Part shown: piece by piece, positions 39,392 through 48,078 of the stretch | How the letters are laid out: each line of letters opens with the position of its first letter | How positions within the stretch are numbered: the first letter of the stretch is position 1 | Virus record (IMG/VR): IMGVR_UViG_3300036770_003925 | Span: 231 to 64,230 of that record | Direction: 5' to 3' (one strand) | Length of the DNA: 64,000 nucleotides | Source of the DNA: a virus | Lineage: Duplodnaviria > Caudoviricetes | Notes under the pieces: model-generated | Databases searched by the model: none | The model's input: only the letters and a program-made list of their open reading frames with translations | What the model was told of the DNA's origin: nothing | Position numbers and translations under genes: made by a program

Positions 39392-40651
39392 ATGTCTGAG
39401 GTAATCGGTCGTAAGTCAAAAAAGCGTAGTGCTAAATTTGAAAATCTTATCGGTCCAACTGATAGTAAGGTTGATAATGTAGCCCGTGAAAAGCTTGTTA
39501 CAGCACGTATTGGGTTGTTACTACGCCATTCGTTTTTCGGTAACTTAGCTACCCGTCTTAAATTAATCAATGCGGATGAATGGTGTTCAACTGCGGCTAC
39601 TGACGGTCTTAAGTTTTACTACAATTCACGTTTCATCAATATGCTTAAGCCTAAGGAAGTAGAGTTCCTAGTTGGTCATGAGGTATTGCATGTAGTATAT
39701 GATCATATGGGTCGCCGTAATAACCGTGATCCTCAATTGTGGAATATTGCTGATGATTATGCAGTAAACGCAGACCTTAAACGGCACCGTGTTGGTGAGT
39801 TTATCAAAACTGTTCCATGCTTGTACGAAGCAAAATATGATGGTAAATCCGCTGAGGAAATCTATGATGACCTCATGCAAAACGTACAAAAAATTAATAT
39901 CGAGGACCTGATCGACCAAATGATTGATGATCATATGGATGGTGAAGGTGATGGTGAAGGTGATAGTGAAGGCAGCAAGCGTCCTAAGATGAGTGCTGAG
40001 GAGCGTGAACGTGTTCGCCAAGAAGTAAGACAGGCTATTCTCAATGCCGCACAGGGTGCTGATGCAGGTAGTATTCCAAAAGGTGTAGAACGTTTGATCA
40101 AGCAACACACCAACCCAGTTATGCCATGGCGTGAACTGATTCAAACTAACTTGACTAGCGCCATTCGTACTGATTTTAGTTGGATTCGCCCTAGTCGCCG
40201 TGGATGGCATAGTGATGCAATTATGCCTGGTATGACTCCTGGTGAAGAAATTGATGTAGTTGTTGGTTTAGATATGAGTGGATCGATTACCAATAAACAA
40301 GGACAGGCATTCTTAGGCGAGGTCGCTGGTATGATGGCAAGCTTTGATGGATACAAAGTCCATGTGTTTTGTTTTGATACTGATGTTTACAATCCTGCGG
40401 ATTTCACTTCAGAGAATTTGGATACGATTGATGATTATGAACCTGCAGGTGGAGGTGGTACTGACTTTGATGTTATCTTTTCTTACCTTAAAGAACATGC
40501 AATCGAACCAAAACGTTTGATTGTGTTTACTGATGGTTATCCCTGCGGAAGTTGGGGTGATCCTGATTATTGTGATACAACTTGGATTATTCACGGTGAT
40601 AAGGATCCTAATCCCCCGTTTGGACAATTCGCATTGTATGATGACAAGTGA
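39392..40651 (+). CDS. metallopeptidase-like + VWA domain protein (DUF2201-type), MoxR partner
   Basis: TAATDG, HEVLH zincin motif, DMSGS MIDAS, GGGGTDF, FTDG. Confidence 0.85.
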   Translation: MSEVIGRKSKKRSAKFENLIGPTDSKVDNVAREKLVTARIGLLLRHSFFGNLATRLKLINADEWCSTAATDGLKFYYNSRFINMLKPKEVEFLVGHEVLHVVYDHMGRRNNRDPQLWNIADDYAVNADLKRHRVGEFIKTVPCLYEAKYDGKSAEEIYDDLMQNVQKINIEDLIDQMIDDHMDGEGDGEGDSEGSKRPKMSAEERERVRQEVRQAILNAAQGADAGSIPKGVERLIKQHTNPVMPWRELIQTNLTSAIRTDFSWIRPSRRGWHSDAIMPGMTPGEEIDVVVGLDMSGSITNKQGQAFLGEVAGMMASFDGYKVHVFCFDTDVYNPADFTSENLDTIDDYEPAGGGGTDFDVIFSYLKEHAIEPKRLIVFTDGYPCGSWGDPDYCDTTWIIHGDKDPNPPFGQFALYDDK

Positions 40652-40886
40652 TGAGCCATTAATTTTTACATCACCAGATGGTGGCAATACGGTCTATGCT
40701 AGAAAGATTGGTGAGACCGATAGCCACCTATATCATGTTGATCCAAGATATTTAAGAGAACAAAAATTATATCATCGTTGGGAAAAACTAAAGCCAGCAG
40801 TATTTTTGGCTGATAGTGATCCCACACTCAATGATGCAATTGAAAAAGTTGAGATTTTATATGCCCTCAAGAAAAAAGAAACTTAA
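40641..40886 (+). CDS. hypothetical protein
   Basis: IF-x-SPDGG-x-TVYAR motif; start refined within track ORF 40521..40886. Confidence 0.55.
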   Translation: MTSDEPLIFTSPDGGNTVYARKIGETDSHLYHVDPRYLREQKLYHRWEKLKPAVFLADSDPTLNDAIEKVEILYALKKKET

Positions 40887-41235
40887 TAGATTTCTTGTAG
40901 TATATGATATGCTTGGATTGGAATCAATATTTGATATCGACCATGCTATGGAAACTATTAATAATTATGAAAAACAACTTGTTTGGAGTAAACTAAAAGG
41001 AGAAGAAGTAGAGGTCAAAAAACCAAATCCTATCCCATTGCAACATATCTTGCTAAGAGCAAGAGTTAATTTACATCGTAGTTATGAAATATATACCTTC
41101 TCTACTAGTATGTCTATGGCCGAGGTTAGAGAACAGTTTGATAATGACCCGCAGCCCATTGTAAATTGGATAAGAGACAACGGTATGAAAATTTATAGCG
41201 ACTATAGCAAAAAAATTCAACCAAAAATTTTCTAG
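40861..41235 (+). CDS. hypothetical protein
   Basis: ORF coupled to neighbours; start refined to ATG at 40861. Confidence 0.55.
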   Translation: MPSRKKKLNRFLVVYDMLGLESIFDIDHAMETINNYEKQLVWSKLKGEEVEVKKPNPIPLQHILLRARVNLHRSYEIYTFSTSMSMAEVREQFDNDPQPIVNWIRDNGMKIYSDYSKKIQPKIF

Positions 41236-41266
41236 TGTAGTGTCCAAAATTTGGCATAAGTAAAAA

Positions 41267-41503
41267 ATGTCAACAATAAATTTACATACATGGTTTATAG
41301 ACAGAGAGTTAACTTACTGCCCTCCTCATTTCGTTAAAACAAGAACGATTGCCAATAAAGAAAACATAGGTTGGATTAAAGAAAAACTAATTGGCAGATT
41401 TACTTTTGTTCCATTAATAGATGGAGAATATGTAATGGGTGATTATAGTCCTGCTTTTGAAGATCCAAAAGAAGCTGTGTTATATGAGTTAACTTGGTCG
41501 TAA
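41267..41503 (+). CDS. hypothetical protein
   Basis: C-terminal FEDPKEA-x-x-YELTW motif. Confidence 0.55.
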   Translation: MSTINLHTWFIDRELTYCPPHFVKTRTIANKENIGWIKEKLIGRFTFVPLIDGEYVMGDYSPAFEDPKEAVLYELTWS

Positions 41504-41558
41504 TAAAATATTAATACATTAATCTAATCTATTAAATATTAATATCAAGGAGATAATA

Positions 41559-42221
41559 ATGGCTTTTTTAAGACACGTTGGTAAGCATGGTGACAGAAAA
41601 GTTGCTGTAGTTTTCAGAGAAATTCCAGGGGAAACACACATGTGTTTAGTAACCTATACAGAACTATTAAACCAAAATATTCATGATCCAATGATCAAAT
41701 GTATTGAAAGTGATATTGGACAGAATAGTGAAAATCTAGCCGACGCATTAAATAGAACACATACTAAAGATGGGCGTATCATTTTACAAGTATTACATAG
41801 TGAAGCTCAACTAAAAAAAGTTAACACAGAACAAGTAATAATGACACCACAGCCTAATGTTAAAATTAAGTTAAATGAATTAAACAAGATTTTAGACGAG
41901 ATGAAACAGGGCGAGGATGCTGTTAAGAAATTAGCAGAAATGGATGCTAGTATGGGATTACAAAATCCAGTTGATGTAGCTAAACGTTTACGTGGAAACA
42001 AACAGCAACAACCAGTTGTTTCAACAGGTGATACTTTGAGTGACAGTCATTTAGCCAATCAATTACGTGAGCAAGCAAATCGCATGAGTATGGAAGCTAG
42101 AGGATTAATGGCTGAAGCAGATAGATTATTGAAAGAAGCGGTTAGTCTAGAACCATTAATGGCACAACCAGAAGTTGTTGCACCAAGTAAACGAGGTAGA
42201 AAACCAAAAGTAAAGGCATAA
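41559..42221 (+). CDS. conserved hypothetical phage protein (coiled-coil C-terminus)
   Basis: Strong SD AAGGAG; basic KRGRKPK tail. Confidence 0.65.
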   Translation: MAFLRHVGKHGDRKVAVVFREIPGETHMCLVTYTELLNQNIHDPMIKCIESDIGQNSENLADALNRTHTKDGRIILQVLHSEAQLKKVNTEQVIMTPQPNVKIKLNELNKILDEMKQGEDAVKKLAEMDASMGLQNPVDVAKRLRGNKQQQPVVSTGDTLSDSHLANQLREQANRMSMEARGLMAEADRLLKEAVSLEPLMAQPEVVAPSKRGRKPKVKA

Positions 42222-42225
42222 TATA

Positions 42226-42522
42226 ATGTCACCTGATTTCATTAAAAAGTGGGAACATATCCTAGAAGATGTTGAGAAACAAAAAATTCCAATACAGTTT
42301 ATAAAAAAACTAGTAATAAAATTAGAAGGTAAAAGACAACAAACAATTAATATACAAAGATTGTTATTACAAGGACTCGATCCTGATCAAGTAGAGTCAG
42401 CAGTAAGTAAAAAATTACATGAACTTGATGATGAAATCAATAGTGTTGAATTTGTATTAAATGTAGAGAGTATTGCAGAAATCGTACAACCTGAAACAGA
42501 TAGATTACTTAATAAGTTATGA
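42226..42522 (+). CDS. hypothetical protein
   Basis: Coupled ORF. Confidence 0.55.
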   Translation: MSPDFIKKWEHILEDVEKQKIPIQFIKKLVIKLEGKRQQTINIQRLLLQGLDPDQVESAVSKKLHELDDEINSVEFVLNVESIAEIVQPETDRLLNKL

Positions 42523-42968
42523 AATTGATATTAGCCTGTGACTTAAAAGGTGGCATAGGTTACCGAAATAAATTACCATGGCACATACCATTAGATTTAA
42601 TACGATTTAAAAATCTTACAGAAAATGGTGTGATTGTAATGGGTAGAAAAACTTGGGAAAGTTTACCTAAGAAGCCTTTACCTAATAGGGTAAATGTTGT
42701 AATAAGTAATACCATTAAAGAATTAGACGATGCTATCGTACTTCCAAATATTGGAAGATTAAAAAGTGCAGATGATGTATGGGTAATAGGTGGTAATGGT
42801 TTGGTAGAATCTATTTGGGATTATATACATGAAATACATTTAACACTTGTATTATCGGAACATTTATGCGATACTTATATTGATTTAGAAAAAATTAAAA
42901 ATGATTTTACGCAAATTACTGGGAAGGGTTACGGAGATCATAGTTACGAAACATGGATTAGAAAATGA
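42519..42968 (+). CDS. folA: dihydrofolate reductase
   Basis: GGIG-x-x-N-x-LPW...DL-x-RFK...MGRKTWESLP...LPNR, WVIGG. Confidence 0.92.
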   Translation: MKLILACDLKGGIGYRNKLPWHIPLDLIRFKNLTENGVIVMGRKTWESLPKKPLPNRVNVVISNTIKELDDAIVLPNIGRLKSADDVWVIGGNGLVESIWDYIHEIHLTLVLSEHLCDTYIDLEKIKNDFTQITGKGYGDHSYETWIRK

Positions 42969-43813
42969 AACAATATCATGAATTATTAACAGACATTTTA
43001 GAAAACGGGGAAGAAAAAGATGATAGAACTGGTGTGGGTACCATTAGTGTTTTTGGTCGTAATCTTCGCTTTGATTTGCGTAGAGGATTCCCTGCCATTA
43101 CCACTAAGAAACTTGCTTGGAAAGCTGTCGTTGGTGAGTTACTTTGGTTTATTGAAGGGTCAAAAGATGAAAGACGATTAGCAGAAATCACACACGGAAC
43201 AAAAGAAGGTACTGTAACTATTTGGACACCAAATAGTCTAGCACCATATTGGAAAAATAAAAAGAAATTTGATGGAGATGTTGGACGCATATATGGAGTA
43301 CAATGGCGACGTTGGCGTAAACCATTTAACGGTGGTTATGTTGATCAATTAGAAAATTTAATCAACAGTTTAAAAAATGACCCACATGGACGTAGACACA
43401 TACTGACAGCATGGAATCCTGGTGAATTAGATGAAATGGTATTACCACCATGCCATATGACTGCACAATTTTACGTTAATAATAACAATGAACTAAGCTG
43501 TAGTATGTACCAACGTAGTGTAGATGTTTTTTTAGGATTGCCGTTTAATATTGCTAGTTATGCATTATTCACACATATGATTGCCCAAGTATGTAATTAT
43601 AAAATCGGTGAACTTATTATTAACATGGGTGACACACATTTATACAAAAATCACATTGAACAAGTAAAAGAACAACTTGCTCGACCTTGTTTGGCTTTAC
43701 CTGCGCTTGTTTTAAACCCTGATATTAAAAATATTAATGATTTTACAATAAGTAATATTAATTTACTTAATTATACATCTTATGGACCAATTAAAGCCGA
43801 AATGGCAGTCTAA
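42965..43813 (+). CDS. thyA: thymidylate synthase
   Basis: DRTGVGT, YGVQWR, LPPCH, YQRSVDVFLGLPFNIASY, GDTHLY. Confidence 0.95.
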   Translation: MKQYHELLTDILENGEEKDDRTGVGTISVFGRNLRFDLRRGFPAITTKKLAWKAVVGELLWFIEGSKDERRLAEITHGTKEGTVTIWTPNSLAPYWKNKKKFDGDVGRIYGVQWRRWRKPFNGGYVDQLENLINSLKNDPHGRRHILTAWNPGELDEMVLPPCHMTAQFYVNNNNELSCSMYQRSVDVFLGLPFNIASYALFTHMIAQVCNYKIGELIINMGDTHLYKNHIEQVKEQLARPCLALPALVLNPDIKNINDFTISNINLLNYTSYGPIKAEMAV

Positions 43814-44054
43814 ATACAATATTATTGAAGTTTATAGTTTTACGTTAGGAGATGTTTCAGATCCTGAAATTTATGCAGGACATAAGCTATATGAATGGCA
43901 ACATAGCGAAATGGGTAAATATTGTATGAAAAATTGTTTAGAAACACCGACATATGAAATTAGACCATGTTTTAGTTCATTTGGTTATAGAATATCTATT
44001 AAAGCAAGATTTACAGAGGAACAGCTAACATATTTCAACTTAAAATATAAATAG
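43782..44054 (+). CDS. hypothetical protein (start uncertain)
   Basis: GDV-x-DPEIYA...W...G motif; fills the gap after thyA. Confidence 0.5.
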   Translation: MDQLKPKWQSKYNIIEVYSFTLGDVSDPEIYAGHKLYEWQHSEMGKYCMKNCLETPTYEIRPCFSSFGYRISIKARFTEEQLTYFNLKYK

Positions 44055-44058
44055 TTTT

Positions 44059-44526
44059 ATGTTTATATTTACTATATTACCTGAACTTTTTGTACATTTA
44101 ATATTCGGCTTAGGAGTAAGTCTTACGATAGTAGGATTTTTTTTAAGCTTTATTCCATTCATTAGTGCATATAAACTACCTATTAAAATAGTTGGTTTTG
44201 CTATCTTGCTCTTTGGCACTTATTTAGAAGGTGGGTTGGCAGACAATAAAGAATGGGAACTCAAAGTAAAAGAAGTTGAAGCCCAAGTAGCTCAAGCTGA
44301 AGCTAAAGCCAGTGAAAAGAATATAGAGATACAAGAAAAAGTAGTTACAAAAACAAAAATTGTAAAAGAAAAGGGTGATGAAGTTATAAAATATATTGAT
44401 AGAGAAGTTGTTAAGAAAGAAGAAGTAATCAAATATATTGAGAATTGTCCTGTCCCGAAAGAAATTATAGATGCACATAATGCTGCTACAATATTAAATA
44501 AAGCCATAGAGGGTAATAAAAAATGA
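44059..44526 (+). CDS. putative inner-membrane spanin (Rz-like)
   Basis: N-terminal TM segments, periplasmic coiled coil, C-terminal Cys; overlaps the lipoprotein gene. Confidence 0.6.
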   Translation: MFIFTILPELFVHLIFGLGVSLTIVGFFLSFIPFISAYKLPIKIVGFAILLFGTYLEGGLADNKEWELKVKEVEAQVAQAEAKASEKNIEIQEKVVTKTKIVKEKGDEVIKYIDREVVKKEEVIKYIENCPVPKEIIDAHNAATILNKAIEGNKK

Positions 44527-44801
44527 AATACACTTTATTATTACCTATAATTTTGTTGTCAGGATGTGCATTTTTTAAACAACCTGTTCCAGTTGTACCA
44601 AAGTTTCCTAATGCAACTCCTGAGTTAATGAAGAAATGTGAAGACTTAAAAAAGATTGAAGGTGACAACGTATCCATAACTGATATGTTAAAAGTCATTG
44701 TTAGTAATTATACATTATATTACGAATGCTCGACTAAAGTAGAAGGTTGGCAAGAATGGTATGTTGAGCAAAAAAAACTATACGAGGCAATTAAAAAATG
44801 A
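44523..44801 (+). CDS. putative outer-membrane spanin lipoprotein (Rz1-like)
   Basis: Lipobox LSGC, Pro-rich linker, two further Cys. Confidence 0.65.
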   Translation: MKYTLLLPIILLSGCAFFKQPVPVVPKFPNATPELMKKCEDLKKIEGDNVSITDMLKVIVSNYTLYYECSTKVEGWQEWYVEQKKLYEAIKK

Positions 44802-45667
44802 AATCAATTTTTACCACATGTTTTATAGCACTATCAATTTGTGGTTGTGCATCAGGTCCAAATAATTATCAATTATATGCCGAAACACAAAAAGCAATCG
44901 CTCAAGCCAATGCAGTGGCAGAAACAGCAAGATTCAATGCCTTAGCAGAAATTGCTAAGACAGGTGATAGTGCTGCCAAAGTTGCAGCAGTGCTTAGTAT
45001 TCAACTTGGTAGCAACAATAATGGTGGGCACCGTACTCAACAAATAATGGCTGCACCCGAAGATTGGGACGCAAAATTGCTGAAATGGGCAGGCGTTTTA
45101 TTACCTGCAGCCATGCAAGGTTTAGCAGTAGGAGCCCAAATACATAATGCTAATACTCAAAAGCAAATAGCAATTACACAAAGCAACAATGCTTTAGCTA
45201 CAGCACAGAGTACCAATAACACATTCGCTGCAATGAGCGGTAATATGGCAACATCAAACACTAACATAGCAACTGTTGGATTTAATGCTGTAACTGCAGG
45301 CTCTACTGCATTAGTCAACGTAGCCAATGCTGGATTAAGTGCGACAAGAGCAACAGCAGCCAATGGATTTACTGCCACTCAAAATATAGCAACAGCAGGG
45401 TTGAATGCCACATCAACACTAGGTGCTAATGGTATTACAGGGGTTAATGCGGCTGCTAGTGCTGGACTTACTGCTACTACTAATTTAGGAACTGCTGGTA
45501 TTACAGGAGTCAATAATGCTATATCTAACGGAAATGCTTTAACAAATAATATAGCAACTGGTTATACTAGTGCTTTACAAACTGCTATTAATAAATTAAC
45601 TGGAACAACTACAACTACAACTACTACAACCACTACGACAACAAACAACACAGAGGTCAAACCATAA
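44798..45667 (+). CDS. lipoprotein with 11-residue Ala/Thr/Gly repeats and poly-Thr tail
   Basis: Lipobox-like ICGC; hendecad repeats. Confidence 0.6.
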   Translation: MKSIFTTCFIALSICGCASGPNNYQLYAETQKAIAQANAVAETARFNALAEIAKTGDSAAKVAAVLSIQLGSNNNGGHRTQQIMAAPEDWDAKLLKWAGVLLPAAMQGLAVGAQIHNANTQKQIAITQSNNALATAQSTNNTFAAMSGNMATSNTNIATVGFNAVTAGSTALVNVANAGLSATRATAANGFTATQNIATAGLNATSTLGANGITGVNAAASAGLTATTNLGTAGITGVNNAISNGNALTNNIATGYTSALQTAINKLTGTTTTTTTTTTTTTNNTEVKP

Positions 45668-45686
45668 CTTTTGATAAATACATATT

Positions 45687-46529
45687 ATGACTTCGAACGT
45701 AAGCATTGCAAACATTAATGTAGGATCATTACCAAACGATGGCACAGGAGATCCATTACGTGCTGCTTTTGAGAAAATTAATAATAACTTTAGTAATCTT
45801 GTAGCATCAAATGTATTTGCAAATTCATCAGTGGAAATGGTAGAATTAGAATTACTACCAAATGATAATATAACCACAACTAATATTGTAAACTTTAATC
45901 AAATCAATATTAATAACAATATTTCTCCAAGTACAGTTCCTGCTACTATTAACTTGACCGCAGTGTATGCAGAAAACGTTGTAACACCACCTGGACCATA
46001 TGGCAATCAAGAATATATACAAATTGGTAATACCCCAAATGATGGACAAGGTGATCCATTACGTGTTGCGTTTGGTAAAATCAATAACAATTTTAGTAAT
46101 TTATTTTTTACTACAACAAATACAACAACCACATATACTGTGGGATTAGGTGATCAGGTTATATTTGAAACAGATGTAAACAATTTTACTCAAGCAGAAT
46201 TTCAAATTAGAAGTAGTGATAGTGAAGGACCTAATAGCCAAAGTATACTTATTAGTGCACAACTTAAGAATAGTGGATTGGGTGTGCGTTGGGTAGGCTA
46301 TGGAACAACATTTGAAGGGGACGCATTAACACGTTATAATATGGATGTAATAGGTGGCAATGTAGTCATTATTGCACAGCCACTAGCAAACACAGTGATG
46401 ACACATTTTATAGCAAGTTCAATTACATGGCAGGGCAGTTCATTACCTGGCTTAGATTTACAGTTAGATGGGTATTCAAATGCGCTAATGGCAACGGAAA
46501 ATGATTTAAATATAGCGACTGAAAACTAA
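45687..46529 (+). CDS. baseplate/fibre-connector-like structural protein (gp9/gp10-type N-terminal motif, duplicated)
   Basis: IN(V/I)G-x-x-PNDG-x-GDPLR-x-AF-x-KINNNF occurs twice. Confidence 0.7.
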   Translation: MTSNVSIANINVGSLPNDGTGDPLRAAFEKINNNFSNLVASNVFANSSVEMVELELLPNDNITTTNIVNFNQININNNISPSTVPATINLTAVYAENVVTPPGPYGNQEYIQIGNTPNDGQGDPLRVAFGKINNNFSNLFFTTTNTTTTYTVGLGDQVIFETDVNNFTQAEFQIRSSDSEGPNSQSILISAQLKNSGLGVRWVGYGTTFEGDALTRYNMDVIGGNVVIIAQPLANTVMTHFIASSITWQGSSLPGLDLQLDGYSNALMATENDLNIATEN

Positions 46530-46930
46530 TGCGAGCAAGAGAATTTATTAATGAACAAAAGTTAAGTGACGTTCACGATGGATTGGACGTTGCTGCAAAA
46601 GCTTTACCTAATACCTTTGTATTACCTGAACTAAAAAATCAAGACTTTTATGATTTATATCGGTTTGGTGTGGCAATAGCTGATGTACGCGGTAATATGG
46701 GTGATGTAAAAAATATTGATCCATATAAACCTGAATTTCGTGCTGAGACAACTTGGGGTGAAAATCAAATTGTAAGTAGTTTTGATCCCAACATCGGTAA
46801 AGTTATAGACCAAGCACTAAAGAAAGTACATAAATCAGGAAAACGTGCAGTAAGCACACCAGGTAGTCAAGAGTTTGATGATACACTAAAACAATCACCT
46901 ATTAAAGCTTTTAAAGGATATAAAAGATGA
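46529..46930 (+). CDS. putative internal head protein
   Basis: MRAREFINE N-terminus; ends PIKAFKGYKR. Confidence 0.6.
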   Translation: MRAREFINEQKLSDVHDGLDVAAKALPNTFVLPELKNQDFYDLYRFGVAIADVRGNMGDVKNIDPYKPEFRAETTWGENQIVSSFDPNIGKVIDQALKKVHKSGKRAVSTPGSQEFDDTLKQSPIKAFKGYKR

Positions 46931-47301
46931 GAGCAGTAGAATTTATATCTGAAGAAAAACGTGGTAAAATTACAAAGGATCAACAGTTTCCTACTAGAGG
47001 ATTACATAAATTCCGTGACAACGATTTTCAAGATAGACACTACGAAATGAATCGTTTGGGAATGGCGTTAGCTAGTACAGATGGAGAAACATTGCCAGTA
47101 CTTGATAACGAATCGTACACAGGTAAATGGAATACCGTACATCCTTATACTGAAGTCGAACAAAAAATGCTAAAAAAAGCATTTCAAGCATTAGGGACTT
47201 TACATAAAGATTTAAACAATGGTGATTTACGCAGTCAGGAACCTCCCGGTGGCAACACAACAAGTATAGTAAAACCATTTAAGGGTTATAAGAAAAAATA
47301 A
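46927..47301 (+). CDS. putative internal head protein, paralog of previous
   Basis: MRAVEFISE N-terminus; ends VKPFKGYKKK. Confidence 0.6.
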   Translation: MRAVEFISEEKRGKITKDQQFPTRGLHKFRDNDFQDRHYEMNRLGMALASTDGETLPVLDNESYTGKWNTVHPYTEVEQKMLKKAFQALGTLHKDLNNGDLRSQEPPGGNTTSIVKPFKGYKKK

Positions 47302-47347
47302 TTATAAGCTAATTCTTACTAAGTAATCTTATCATTGAGGATTACTA

Positions 47348-48046
47348 ATGAAAGAAATTATTGATATCAACAAAACAATTGACCTAGTAAAAATTAAATT
47401 TTATAATGAATGGTTATACGCTAATCATATCTATGATGAAGGTGATAGTCAATTCCATAAAGAACTAACTACTCAAGTAGTACAAAAATATATCGATCCA
47501 TTAAACTTACCTAAGAATGCTAAAATATTAGACCTAGGATGCGGTCCTGGTTATTTTTTAGATGAAATGAAACAACGTGAATATACTGATATTACTGGTA
47601 TAACATTAAGCCCGGGTGATGTTAAGATTTGTGAAGACAAAGGTCATAAAATTAAAAAATATGATTTAAGTTTTTTGCCGCAAACAGATGGATATTATGA
47701 TGAAAGTGTTGACTTTATATTCTTAAGACATGCATTAGAACATAGTCCTTATCCAATCTTTTCACTAATTGAATATAATAGGGTGCTTAAACAAGGAAGT
47801 AAAATTTATGTTGAAGTTCCTGCACCCGATTGTGAAAGACAACATGAATTCAATGCTAATCATTATAGTATATTGGGTTCAATGCAATTAGGAGCATTAT
47901 TAATACGTGCAGGTTTCAATATTGATGTTTTTAACAACCTTGAGTTTGATTTGCAAGTACCAAACAATGAAGGTAATCTAAAAACCTGTAAAGAAAAGTT
48001 TTATTGTATCGTAGCTACTAAAGTCAAGCCATTAGATATTAAATAA
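47348..48046 (+). CDS. class I SAM-dependent methyltransferase
   Basis: ILDLGCGPG, RHALEHS, RVLKQG. Confidence 0.85.
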   Translation: MKEIIDINKTIDLVKIKFYNEWLYANHIYDEGDSQFHKELTTQVVQKYIDPLNLPKNAKILDLGCGPGYFLDEMKQREYTDITGITLSPGDVKICEDKGHKIKKYDLSFLPQTDGYYDESVDFIFLRHALEHSPYPIFSLIEYNRVLKQGSKIYVEVPAPDCERQHEFNANHYSILGSMQLGALLIRAGFNIDVFNNLEFDLQVPNNEGNLKTCKEKFYCIVATKVKPLDIK

Positions 48047-48052
48047 AAATTA

Positions 48053-48078
48053 CATACCTATATAAATATATAGGTATG
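48053..48078 (+). promoter_or_regulatory. late promoter TATAAATA in the loop of a perfect hairpin that buries the terminase ATG
   Basis: catacctata-taaata-tataggtatg. Confidence 0.7.

Noticed and set aside
39668-40210. Long antisense ORFs (also 51157-51612, 7280-7717, 9102-9476, 61055-61465)
   Set aside because: Shadow frames of well-supported plus-strand genes with no motifs or start signals.
42965-43813. dCMP hydroxymethylase for DNA hypermodification
   Set aside because: Has the dUMP-specific Asn (PFNIASY) and sits beside DHFR: ordinary ThyA.
45600-45650. ACN microsatellite as a phase-variation tract
   Set aside because: Mixed ACA/ACT/ACC/ACG codons encoding poly-Thr; in frame, not a slippage switch.
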